Below are positions 51,886 through 64,000 of a stretch of 64,000 nt of DNA, one piece after another. The notes under the pieces are model-generated. The model was not told the DNA's origin. It saw only the letters and a program-made list of their open reading frames with translations, and did not search any database. The stretch lies in contig NC_086118.1 of the NCBI RefSeq assembly GCF_963921235.1, forward strand, positions 18,106,001 to 18,170,000, read 5' to 3'. This stretch comes from Mobula hypostoma (taxonomy: Eukaryota). The stretch's first letter is position 1; every line of letters begins with the position of its first letter. A program made the translations under genes and the position numbers.

Positions 51886-52739
51886 ATATTATCATTATTT
51901 AAATGTCATGAGAAATAACATTATCTTGGTAGATATGAGATTAGGTTAATTTTATCCAACCTCAAAAGCAGGTGGCAAAACATTGCAGTATAAATCTGCA
52001 GATCTTTGCTTTATTTTCCCACCATTACCTTATGAAGCATTTCTTCTTTGAAAATGTTTCAATTATTACAAAACTAATTTAGTGTGTGAAATGGATAAAC
52101 ACAGTGAATAATATTGGACCCACCAGTCAATGTATTCATTTGATGAATCAACATATTTGCCTTTGTCATACTGCTACTGTTTTTCAGTTCAACTTTTCTC
52201 AACTTCATTGCCTGCTTTATATTTTCAGAAGCTTTTCATGTCAATGAGAAATGCAACAGTGGTATTCATGGTCCACTGAGGATACTAATCATTATGGACT
52301 TCTCCAAAACTGAGGAACAAAAGTGCTGTGAAATAATGTTCCAAAGCAGTGTTATAATGTATCTTAATCAGTCCAGCATGGCAAATGGCATTTGCTCCTC
52401 AAGCATTTATTTGCCTTCTTAACTAAATAGACAGCATGCATAATTAATGCAGCAAGCTGACATGCTGCGTGCTGAAGGGCCACATTTGTATCTGGCTTAT
52501 CAGAGTGACAATTATAAAGATTTTATACATGGTTGAAACGCTCATGTTTGTTCACATCATCATAGTGAATCCCTAGCATACAGGAATAAGAATTTTAGGA
52601 GCGTCTGGATGTAGACATTTATGTGCATTGCACATGTACTTCCTTATTGCCCTTACCTGGTTTTACTGGTTGGAATGCTTTGCTTCTGTCAAGTAGCAAC
52701 ATCATTTCCGGCAAGCACTCTCCTAATTAGTTCTGACTG

Positions 52740-52983
52740 AAACATGGAAACATAGAAAACATAGAGCACAATACAGGCCCTTCGGCCCACAAAGCTGTGC
52801 CGAACATGTCTCTACCTTAGAACTACCTAGGCTTTACCCATAGCCCTCCGTTTTTCGACACTCCATGTAGCTATCCAGGAGTTTCTTAAAAGACCCTATC
52901 ATTCCCGTCTCCACCACTGCTGCCGACAGCCCATTCCACACACTCACCACTCTCTGCGTAAAAAAACTTACCCCTGACATCTG
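52740..52983 (-). mobile_element. CR1 3' tail fragment
   Basis: catggaaacatagaaa tail; complementary to the 27300-27528 type of 3' end. Confidence 0.8.
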
Positions 52984-53254
52984 TTAGTATGAAGTTAGCA
53001 TTCAAATTTTTGTTCCCGCCTAATGTGAAGTGTTAATGGAAAATGTATTTCCAAACTTTGTTGTTTATATACTTGCAGTTGTGCATGCTCAGAGGATTAT
53101 CATGGCAATCTTAGAATCCTTCCTTGGCTATCCTAATATCTTTGGACTGCTTACAGAGTAAAATTCATACCTCAGTGGTCACAGTACTCATTTATAATGC
53201 AGAATACATAGGGATAAGTTACCTTTCTGATTTGGAATTTCTGATTCTCTCTGC

Positions 53255-53710
53255 TATATTTTGGTTGAAACATTAAATTGAGATCCCTTCCACCCATGTG
53301 GATTCTCCAATACTACTTAAGGAATCACAATAACACACACAAAATGCTGAAGGAACTCAGAAGGCCAGGCAGCATCTAGGAAAAGAGTACAGTCGGCATT
53401 CTGGGCCGAAACCCTTTGGCAGATTGCTTGGATTTCCAGCATCTGCAGATTTTCTCTTATTGGTGAATCACAAATGAGCTTTCTCTTGTGTCATAGTGAA
53501 TAATTATTTCACAATTAGCACCTAAAAACAGATACCTGATTATGTGATCTTGGTCATCCAATTGCATGTGGGATGTTTCCTTGAAAAATCCCCTGCTGTG
53601 TTTCCTACAATATAGCATTCAGAAGCAGATAGTAGATTGACTGTAAAGTGCATTGGGATTTCCAGAGGCTTTGAAAGGCATGATATGAAAGAAAGCTCTT
53701 CTTTTTTTTG
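53255..53710 (+). mobile_element. Decayed DeuSINE-like element (interrupted by the mini-Penelope)
   Basis: Blocks aaaacagat..tggtcat..tgtggga..ctgctgtgtttcctaca..tgactgtaaagtgcattggga..gaaaggc match the recalled Deu domain and tail. Confidence 0.55.
53331..53464. mobile_element. 134-bp non-coding Penelope derivative with 9-bp TSD
   Basis: GAATCACAA at 53322-53330 and 53465-53473; inverted pseudo-LTR piece joined to the sense 3' tail (tgcttggatttccagcatctgc). Confidence 0.8.
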
Positions 53711-54347
53711 CTGAATTTAAACTTTCTTAGTGACAACATAAATGTTTTATTTATTAGATTCTCTTAACAATATCCAATTATTTACGAGTGCTGGTTCTAA
53801 CATGCACTGTGGAGTAGAGTGCAGACTGCAGAGCAAAATATATTACAATTTCTGGTTAAAATGAAAATATTTATTTTCTTATTACAGTTTAACCTATATC
53901 TTCATCATGTTAAGTAATAATGGCACATGCTATGAGATAAATTTGCGTTTCTGAACTGCCAGCAGAAAATTGCTCTGATCAGTTCTAAGAAAGCCTAGAA
54001 ATGAAAGACTAAGAAGAGAAATAGAGTACCTCCATACTGACTGGATGTATGTAGCTTTCAAATAGCTTTCAGTCTTTTTCCCTATGAACAAGAATCAAAG
54101 TTAATCAGATTCTTCTTTTGTTCTTTTTCACAAACTTCTCAATGAACTGAACTCCTATAAAATTGTTGTTAATTGCCAGACATATTGGTGCTTTTGAGAA
54201 AGAATGACACTGAAAATTGTTATATTTAATTATCCTTTTTATTACCAGGTCATCTGGTTTATGGTGACAGAATTCAGTTCCATCTTCATCACATGATACT
54301 CTGGAACTTTTTTGACTTTTTTTCTATTTTTATTTCTGACAACTTTC

Positions 54348-55410
54348 TCTCAAGTGAGACTGGGCCCTCACCTGTCCTCCACTACTATCCTGAACACTGG
54401 TACACCACAAGGTTGTGTATTGAGTCCCATACTCTACTCCCTCTTCACTTACGACTGTGGACCTGCATTTAACACCAATGCCATCGTCAAATTCGCAGAC
54501 GACACAACAATGATCAGGTTGATCTCCAACAGAGACGAATCAGCATACAGAGCAGAGGTACAGAACTTAATGGGCTGGTGCTCAGAGAACAACCTGTCTC
54601 TTAATATAGCAAAGACTAAGGAGCTAATTATCAACCTTGAAAAGTCCGGGATGACGAGTACGCTCCAGTCTACATTAACGGAGACAAAGTGGAGAGAGTG
54701 TCCAGTTTCAGGTTTCTGGGAATACACACCTCAGAAGACCTTGCATGGTCCACTAACACCACAACAATAGTTAAGAAAGCACAGCAACGCTTGTTTTTCC
54801 TCGGGACGCTGAAGAAAGCTGGTCTACCTGAACAGATGCTGGTGACCTTTTACCACTGCACCACAGAGAGCATCTTACCATACTGCATCTCTGTGTGGTA
54901 TCTCAGTTGTACAGCAGCTGATAGGAAAGCAGTTCAGCAGGTCGTCTCTAGCACACAGAAGGTTATCGGGACACAGCTGGAGGACACCTACAGCTCACGC
55001 TGCCTAAGGAAAGCTACCAGCGTCTGTAAGGACAATACACACCCATGCAATCATTTGTTTGAACTTCTTCCATCTGGCAGATGTTATGAGATTTTCTATG
55101 CCCACACTTCCAGACTGAAAAACAGCTTTTTCCCCAGAACTATAATTGCTCTGAACCAATCGATCAAGCATCATCCATAAATTGTTATATTGCTACTTTA
55201 ATACTGGTTTTATGGCTGTCATGCATCTGAGTTGTGCTTTTGTACTGCTGGACGTTGTTTGTACTGGCTGGTTACTTGATTTTATTTATTGTTTATTTAT
55301 TTTATTTGTTGTTTTATAGCATTGAGTACAAGAGTTGCAAACTCATTTTCGCTGTATTGGTGCATGACAAATTGTACTATGCAATGACCATAAAGATATT
55401 TCATATTTCA
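54348..55410 (+). mobile_element. Rex1/Babar-type LINE 3' half
   Basis: GTPQGCVLSP, KFADDTT, KTKELI, KKAQQRLFFL, LLPSGR..TSRLKNSFFP (ORFs 54312-54770 and 54689-55180, frameshifted). Confidence 0.85.
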
Positions 55411-56160
55411 TTTCATAAATGTGTGGTTTTACTCATTGCATAACATGTCAGAGCTCCAACTTGACTGAAGCAAAATATGTCTTGTATGCAAATTTCAAAT
55501 TTGTTTTGAGATGCACTGTGGAATAGGCCCTTCCAGCCCTTCCAACCACACTGTATTTCTTTGGACTGTGGGAGGAAACCAGAGTACCTGGAGGAAACCC
55601 ATATGCTCGCTGGGAGAATGTACAAACCCCTTAGAGGCAGTGGCAGGGATTCCACCTGGGTCACCTGTACTGTAAAGCATTGTGCTAACCACAGGGCTAC
55701 CACGCCTCCCCAATTTTAACTGGTAAAATGTAAAGCAGACGATCAGTTACTTTGTATAATCAAATATGAATGACCCATTAAACATCTGTGAAATAAATAA
55801 GTTTTTTTCTCATCTTAGCCTCTTCTTAAGATGCATCTTCCATAGCTGTGTGCAGAAAGGAAAGGCAAAATGCTTGTATGTTTGAGTTATGCTAGTTGAA
55901 TCATGTTCAGGAGGCATTATCATGACTATATGGCTTAATGTGGAGTAATACCTAGAGACAGAAACAAAGATTATTGTATGCTGAATGTTGAAATGATAAA
56001 ACACTGAAAACATGCAGCTTTTCTTCAGAAGAAAATCAAAGAGGCGTTAGGCTGATCTTCCAATTGAATATTAATTCACTTATTATTTCTACAGCCACTG
56101 CTGGGCTGGTTGCAAATTACAGAAATTTTCATTATGAATAATTATTTGTTTCTATTGTAG

Positions 56161-56352
56161 GTCCCCTATGATGACTTACGCTATCTGTTTGGTGAAATTA
56201 TGTATGGAGGGCATATCACAGATGACTGGGATAGGCGGCTATGCAGAACATACTTGGAGGAGTTTATTAAGCCAGAGATGATGGAAGGAGAAGTATTATT
56301 GGCAGCAGGATTCCCGCTCCCTCCAAACTTGGACTACAATGGCTACCACCAG
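56161..56352 (+). CDS. DNAH9: Axonemal dynein heavy chain internal exon, phase 0-0, 64 codons (absent from the ORF track)
   Basis: ttgtag|GTC acceptor and CAG|gtacac donor; translates [64 protein letters not shown], including the dynein [16 protein letters not shown] motif that directly follows ...LEANAK. Confidence 0.92.
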
Positions 56353-56892
56353 GTACACAGTTATTTTGTTTAGGTTTAGCACGGTTTCTTATTGTCACAT
56401 GTACCAAGATATAGTGATAAGCTGGCCTTGCCTACTGTTTATACAGATCAAGATTACACGGTGCACTGAGGTAGAACAAGATAAAACAATAACAGTGCAA
56501 AATTATAAAAGCTACAGAGAAAGTGCATGTAAGCAATAAGTGCAGGATCAAAACGAAGTAGATTGTGAGAACAAGAGTCCATCTTATCAGAAAAGAGGTC
56601 CATACACTAATGCATTAATAATATGATTGATTTCCTTTAAGCTCTTAGTAATGGTGGTAATGCTACTGTGTGCAATTTCAAAAACTAAAGCCTGTTGGAC
56701 AACTCTTAGCTTTGCGCCCTCAGTGATCATCACAGTAATAACTTGTCACAGTACAAAATTCAAAGCCTGAAAAAGCATGACTAAAGGCTACCTAATTTTA
56801 GCAGGGGTTGAATGACCTAAAGTAGTGAGGTTAGTTGGTAACAAAAGCATTGAAGATATGCTGGTGTGAGAAGGATGAAATTTGACTTAGAG

Positions 56893-57412
56893 ACATTGGA
56901 CAATACAGCACAGAAACAGGCCCTTTGGCCCATCTATTCCATACCAAACTATTTGCACTGCCTATTCCCATCAACCTGCATCCAGACCATAGTCCTCCAT
57001 ACCCCTACCATCCATGTACCTATCCAAACTTCTCTTAAATGTTGAAATCAGGCTCACATGCACCACAGCTCATTCCACACTCTCAGTTCCCTCTGAGTGA
57101 AGAAGTTTCCCATCATATTTCCCTTAATTGTGTCACTTTTCACCCTTAACCCATGACCACTAGTTGCAGTCCCATCCAACCTAGGTGGAAAATGCCTGCT
57201 TGCATTTACCCTACCTATACTCCTCATAATTCTTGTATGCCTCTATCCAATCTCCTCTCAATCTTCTACATTCCAAGGAATAAAGTCCTAACCTATCTGG
57301 TTAATCTGTCAGGGTAATCTGTCCATACAACTGATGTCTTCCAGACCCAGCAACATCCTTGTAAATTTTCTCTGTACTCTTTCAACCCCATTTACATCTT
57401 TCCAGTAGGTAG
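56893..57412 (-). mobile_element. CR1 3' fragment
   Basis: acagcacagaaacaggccctttggccc tail block and the complement of the RT C-terminus. Confidence 0.75.
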
Positions 57413-57799
57413 ATAGACTTTCTGAAAGAAAACAGAGATTTGTCTGTCGAGCTACTGTCAATGCCTAGGCAGTTTTATTATCTCTTACAAGACAGCGTAT
57501 AAAATTGCCATGCTGCAAGTTCCACTGTACATTGTAATCTATGGCCAACATGGTAGTCATCTGATTTCATTTGACTGGAGTTTGAGTTTTCACTGCGACT
57601 GTCTCTTGAGCTACATCCTGATCAAGTCCCCAGATATGGGAGGACATTATTGCACCAGAAAGGATAGTCTCAAACTTCCAATCATTCTATGCTTCTTACC
57701 TATGACAGCACAGACTTTCCAATAGATTTTCCAGAGCACAAAGAGCAAATGTACACATCCAACTCCTTCAGGAGGCTGCCCTTTTGAGATTCTTTAAAT

Positions 57800-58332
57800 A
57801 CAAGGTACAGACATTCAGTATTTACAAGACAGTAAGTACACTCAGATTAAAATAAGGTTACTACAGTCTATTAGACAATCAATACCCTAGGAGGACCGCC
57901 GCTCCAGGAAGTCCCCCCAATGTGCCCATTGCGACCGCATGCTCCCCCTCCAAGGATAGTCGGGCACAAATGTATCCTTGGAAAAGGGGTAGGTAGTCGG
58001 CCTGACAACACCCTCCATTTTCTGCCGCCTAGACCCATGAATGGCCACCTTGGCCAGGCCCAGGAGCAAGCCCGCCAGGAGATCCTCCTCATGACCCACC
58101 CCGTTCCGAACTGGGTGCCTGTATGTTAGAAGTGTGGGACTACAATGCAGCCAAAACCTAAACAGCAACCCCTTTAGAAACTCAAACAGGGGCTACAACC
58201 TCTCACATTCCGTGTAAGCATGGTACACTGACTCCTCCTGCCCACAGAATGGACAGGTGGATGGGGCGTCAGTGAACCTGCTCAAAAACCTGTTGTACAG
58301 TCCTGCCCGATGCAACACCTTCCACCACAGGT
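57800..58332 (-). mobile_element. Tx1/L1-clade LINE 3' fragment
   Basis: Minus strand encodes W(K)VLHRA..CPFCGQEESVYHAYTEC (zf-RVT-like), then FWLHCSPT..LLLGLAKVAIH. Confidence 0.7.
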
Positions 58333-60032
58333 TTTTACCATATCCTGGCCAGTGAGTTCATATTTGACCTTGTTCTCTGGCGCTACCCTGTCTGGAAGAA
58401 CAAAATTTCTATCGTCTGTGATTTGAGGCAGATTTGATGGAAAAAGGAGAAATATGCGCTATAATTAGGTTTAGGTGTTTAGGCAATGGTCTCTTTTTTG
58501 GGTTTCAGACGTGTCCTCAGCACCACTAGCCCAGTACTGTCCAGTACCACCATCTTCAATGGTGTTAGAATACAAAGATGTAACTCCTGGTTAATTCTTG
58601 TACTTCTTATCCATCAGGAAGAATGCTATTTGGGTGATAGGTCCACCATAAATATTTGTAAATGTTAATAAACTTCTTCCAATGCTGCCTCCATGTTCTG
58701 AGCTTGAATTCAGCATGGACAAATATTCCCAACTGACTTGCTTACTTTATCTATCTGTCTATCTATTTATTTACTTTTTATTGATTGATTGATTCATTAA
58801 TTGAGATACAGAGTGGAGTATGCCCTTCCAGCCCTTACAGCCACACTGCCGTGCAATCCCCCATTTTAATCCCTAGCCTACAAACTCCTTACAAGCAGCA
58901 GCAGGAATTGAACCCGGGTCATGTAGTGCCAACACTCTGCTACCGTGTCACCCTGAGCACATGTCTGCAGGACATCCTGTGGGTATGGAGATGTCTCCTA
59001 ATTTTTAGCTGCTGCACTATCTCGTGCTGTTCAGTGTCTGATAACAGAGACGGCTCTCTCTCATGTTATACAATTTCTCGGGTCAGATTCATTCTTTGAA
59101 CAGCATGTGCTCCAACTACAGTGCATCTCTTCCTTAAAAGGTTCAGGCTGCAATGAAGCAGTGTAAGTTAACCTTCAGCCAGCTACTTATAAGATTAGCT
59201 GTCTGTTGATGCATCTCCCCAAAGGGCAGGGTGATTAGCAGTGGAAAGCCACTGAAATTATGTAAATGAGCAGGCAGCATCCTGTTAGTGCAGGTTAATT
59301 GAACATCACATAGACATCCCCCGCCACCTCCCTTTGCATCTGAAGAAACTCAGACCCCTGTAATTCTTGTTATCTAATTCTTCTTTCCTGAATTTCAGCT
59401 CACAAGGCAAAGGAACAGCAGCACAAAAGATTGATAATGGGCCAATTAATGGACTATAGCAATAGTGTACATCAGCCTGCATCATTTGCACAGTTGGACA
59501 TCATTTCAACAGCTTATATTCTCATAAATAAAATGAATCACAGTCCTTTTATCCTTGGTTATGGGTTCAGCTCCAGGACAAGATGATGCTTTCTGATTAT
59601 ATAGGGTTTTTGCAAAGAAGAATTCAATTTCTGCAGTCCCGTTGTTGATTTGTTCCTACAAATGAGAACGTAATGGGAATTTGTAAAAAGCTTCACAAGG
59701 TCCCTCATCAAAATTTATTTCATTTATTTAGTAATATAGTGCGAAACAAGCTGTTCCGGCCCAACGAGCTGTGCCGCCAAGCAACCCGCTTACTTGACCT
59801 TAGCCTAATCACAACACAATAAAATGACCAATTAACCAACTAACTGTATATATTTGAACTGTTGGAGAAAACCAGCGCACCCGGAAGAAACCCACAATGT
59901 CACAGGGAGAATGTACAAAGTGTACAAACTCCTTACAGACAGCAGCGGAATTGAACTCTGAACTCCAACGCTTCGAGCTGTGATATAATGAATATGTATA
60001 TGCTAAGATGATGTGTGTGAAATACCATCTCA

Positions 60033-63000
60033 GGCTACGTCCACACTAGACCGGATAATTTTGAAAACGCCAGTTTCGCGTAAAAACGATAGGCGTCCAC
60101 ACCAGGTGTTTTTGAAAATACCTCCATCCTCATTAAAACGGGTACGTGGGTGAATGTCCTCCTACTGGACATGCGCAGAACACATCTACAGAATTCACCC
60201 GCTTGGACAAGTACGCCCGACTCCGACAGTTTGGACCAAGCAACAGGTGATGGCTGTGACATGTTTGGTGTCGAAAGACTGGGTGCGCGTTTGTCCAGTT
60301 GGTTGGGAAGTTGTTAGAGTTGATTGTCAAGGATGAGGTTACGGAGTACCTGGAGGCATATGACAAGATAGGCAGAACTCAGCATGGATTCCTTAAAGGA
60401 AAATCCTGCCTGACAAACCTATTACAATTTTTTGAGGAAATTACAAGTAGGCTAGACAAGGGAGATGCAGTGGATGTTGTATATTTGGATTTTCAGAAGG
60501 CCTTTGACAAGGTGCCACTCATGAGGCTACTTAACAAAATAAGAGCCCATGGAATTACGGGAAAGTTACATACGTGGATAGAGCATTGGCTGATTGTCAG
60601 GAAACAGAGAGTGGGAATAAAGGGATCCTATTCTGGTTGGCTGCCGGTTACCAGTGGTGTTCCACAGGGGTCAGTGTTGGGGCCGCTTCTTTTTACATTG
60701 TACATCAACGATTTGGATTATGGAATAGATAGCTTTGTGGCTAAGTTTGCTGACGATACGAACATAGGTGGAGGGGCCAGTAGTGCTGAGGAAACGGAAA
60801 GTCTGCAGAGAGACTTGGATAGATTGGAAGAATGAGCAAAGAAGTGGCAAATGAAATACAATGTTGGAAAGTGTATGGTTATGCACTTTGGCAAAAGAAA
60901 TAAACTGGCAAACTATTATTTAAATGGGGAAAGAATTCAAAGTTCTGAGATGCAACGGGACTTGGGAGTCCTCATACAGGATACTCTTATGGTTAACCTC
61001 CAGGTTGAGTCGGTGGTGAAGAAGGCAAATGCAATGTTGGCATTCATTTCTAGAGGAATAGAGTATAGGAGCAAGGATGTGATGTTGAGGCTCTATAAGG
61101 CACTGGTGAGATCTCACTTGGAATACTGTGGGAAGTTTTGGTCTCCTTATTTAAGAAAGGATGTGCTGACGTTGGAGAGGGTACAGAGAAGATTCACTAG
61201 AATGATTCCAGGAATGAGAGGGTTAACATATGAAGAACATATGTCCCTTGCGAGGGGGAACATAGAATCAGGAGACGTAGAGTCAGTATGGATAGAACTG
61301 AGAAATTCTAAGGGTAGAAAGACCCTAATGGGAGTTATATACAGGCCCCCAAACAGTAGTCTGGATGTAGGGTGTAAGTTGAATCAAGAGTTAAAATTGG
61401 CATGTCGCAAAGGTAATGCTACAGTTGTTATGGGGAACTTCAACATGCAGGTAGACTGGAGGAATCAGGTTGGTACTGGACCCCAAGAAAAGGAGTTTGT
61501 GGAGTCCCTCTGAGATGGATTCTTAGAACAGCTTGTACTGGAGCCTACCAGAGAGAACGCAATTCTAGATTTAGTGTTGTGCAATGAACTGGATTTGATC
61601 AGGGACCTCGAGGTAAAGGAGCCATTAGGAGGTAGTGATTATAATATGATAAGTTTTAATCTACAATTTGAGAGGGAGAAGGGAAACTCGGAAGTGTCAG
61701 TATTACAGTTGAACAAAGGGAACTGTGGTGCTATGAGGGAGGAGCTGGCCAAAGTTCAATGGAACAATACCCTAGCAGGGATGACAGTGGAACAGCAATG
61801 GCAAGTGTTTCTGGGAATAATGCGGAAGGTGCAGGATCAGTTCATTCCAAAGAGGAAGAAAGATCCTAAGGGGAGTAAGGGGAGGACGTGGCTGACAAGG
61901 AAAGTAATGGACAGTATAAAAACAAAAGAGAAGAAGTATAACATAGCAAAGACGAGTGGGAAGCCGGAGGATTGGGAAACTTTTAAAGAGCAACAGAAGG
62001 TAACTAGAAAGGCAATATGTGGAGAAAAAATGGGGTGTGAAGGTAAACTAGCCAAGAATATAAAGGAGGATAGTAAAAGCTTCTTTAGGTATGTGAAAAG
62101 GAAAAAAATAGTTAAGACCAAAATTGGGCCCTTGAAGGCAGAAGCGGGTGAATTTGGAAACAAGGAAATGGCAGACGAGTTGAACAGGTACTTTGGATCT
62201 GTCTTCACTAGGGAAGACACAAGCAATCTCCCAGATGTAATAGTGGTCAAAGGACCTAGGGTAATGGATGAACTGAAGGAAATTTATATTAGGCAGGAAA
62301 TGGTGTTGGATAGGCTGTTGGTTCTGAAGGCTCATAAGTCCCTGGGACCTGATGGTCTGCATCCCAGGGTACTTAAGGAGGTGGCTTTAGAAATCGTGGA
62401 CGCATTGGTAATCATTTTCCAATGTTCTATAGATCCAGGATCAGTTCCTGTGGATTGGGGGGTGGCTAATGTTGTCCCTCTCTTCAAGAAGGGAGGAAGA
62501 GAGAAAACAGGGAATTATAGACCGGTTAGCCTGACGTCAGTGGTGGGAAAGATGCTGGAGTCAATTATAAAAGATGAAATTACGTCACATCTGGATAGTA
62601 GTAACAGGACTGGTCCGAGTCAGCATGGATCTACAAAGGGGAAATCGTGCTTGACCAATCTTCTGGAATTTTTTGAGGATGTAACTATGAAAATGGACAA
62701 GGGAGAGCCAGTGGATGTAGTGTACCTGGACTTTCAGAAAGCCTTTGATAAAGTCCCACATAGGAGATTGGTGGGCAAAATTAGGGCACATGGTATTGGG
62801 GGCAGAGTACTGACATCGATTGAAAATTAGCTGGCTGACAGAAAACAAAGAATAGTGATTAACGGGTCCCTTTCGGAATGGCAGGTGGTGACCAGTGGGG
62901 TACCGCAGGGTTCAGTGCTGGGACCACAGCTGTTTACAATATATATTAATGATTTAGATGAGGGAATTAAAAGTAACATTAGCAAATTTGCCGATGACAC

Positions 63001-64000
63001 AAAGCTGGGTGGCAGTGTGAAATGTGAGGAGGATGTTATGAGAATGCAGGGTGACTTGGACAGGCTGGGTGAGAGGGCGGATGCATGGCAGATGCAGTTT
63101 AATGTGGATAAATGTGAGGTTATCCACTTTGGTGGTAAGAATGGGAAGGCAGATTATTATCTAAATGGAGTCAAGTTAGGAAAAGGGGAAGCTCATGATA
63201 AAATGGCGGAGCAGACTCGATAGGCCGAATGGCCAACTTCTGCTCCTTTGTCTTATGGTCTTATGGTCTTACAGACTAGAAAAAATTAAAAGGAAATTGC
63301 CAAAGGACGGACAGCTGTTGGGTTTGGTGCAGGAGGGCTTAAAACTGAAAAAAAAACAAATACTGGAGCGTATGGAGGCAACCGACAGGGAGTTCACGTA
63401 CAGTATGACCCGGCTGACGACGAACCTTGAAAAACTGACTAACTCTGTTGCAGAAGGATCTGCAATGATGAGGACTATGATGGCTCCCCCCACCCCCAGT
63501 ACTTTTAACCAGCCTCACAGCCACTACAATAGCTACACATACGGACACACAGACCCCCGGGTGGCCCCACCAACACCTTCCCCACTCCCACAGAGGGGTC
63601 ACCCTGGAAACATTTCCGACAGCCATAGTCTCTTCACCGATGAAAGGGACAACAGCTACAACTAAATGCAATAAGGCTTGTTACTGGGCAAAAGTGAAAT
63701 TTGCTGTTACCTCATTTGTTTGCCTTTACTTTTGCCATGTCTTTCTGTATTATTTTGCTGTATTTAACATGTGCAATAAAATGAGTTACTGGGCAAAAGT
63801 GGTTTTATTTTTACCTGAGTCAAAGTGAAACTTACAATTTTTGGCCTTAACATTTTCACGTCTATGCCTAACATAAGCTACTACTTAAAAATGACATTTT
63901 GGAAGTAGTGACAATTGCATCTGTTAAATGTTTGCACAAGCAATACATGGATAAAGCAACTTGTTAAATGTATAAAACATGTCTGCATCAGTGTTATCTT
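60033..64000 (+). mobile_element. Probable PIF/Harbinger DNA transposon remnant interrupted by CR1
   Basis: Starts GGCTACGTCCACACTA, a fish Harbinger-like terminus; after the CR1, a coiled-coil ORF tail (63271-63665) resembles Harbinger accessory proteins. The second TIR and the nuclease are not in the window. Confidence 0.45.
60295..63271 (+). mobile_element. Composite CR1: RT C-half (about 60295-61240), then EN-RT of a second copy (about 61245-63190), then 3' tail
   Basis: ORFs 60299-60835, 60851-61513, 61574-62830 and 62855-63223; two separate [24 protein letters not shown] blocks; (CTTATGGT)n tail. Confidence 0.88.

Noticed and set aside
1..64000. CRISPR arrays, tRNA or rRNA genes, prokaryotic operons
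   Set aside because: None seen; the sequence is eukaryotic intronic DNA, and the tRNA-like boxes belong to decayed SINEs.

Overview
Vertebrate genomic DNA, most likely a cartilaginous fish (inferred from the repeat repertoire only). The window lies inside an axonemal dynein heavy chain gene on the + strand (DNAH9-like). Three consecutive phase-0 coding exons are visible (14201-14428, 18152-18343, 56161-56352), the last two separated by a 37.8-kb intron. Nearly everything else is nested, mostly decayed mobile DNA: many CR1 LINEs (ORF1 SGNH-esterase plus EN/RT ORF2), Rex1/Babar-type fragments, a Tx1-like fragment, Tc1, hAT (Buster/Charlie), a probable Harbinger, SINEs, a Penelope-like element with inverted pseudo-LTRs, and a HERO-type RLE retrotransposon. 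The most interesting signal is RNA-level. The HERO-type element (42668-48477) is bounded by 123-bp direct repeats that carry the parts of a hammerhead ribozyme in a rearranged, non-circularly permuted order, and its 5' boundary falls at the predicted self-cleavage site. The Penelope element carries a minimal, dimer-type hammerhead in each pseudo-LTR arm. Boundaries of decayed repeats are approximate, and family names come from motif recognition, not database searches.
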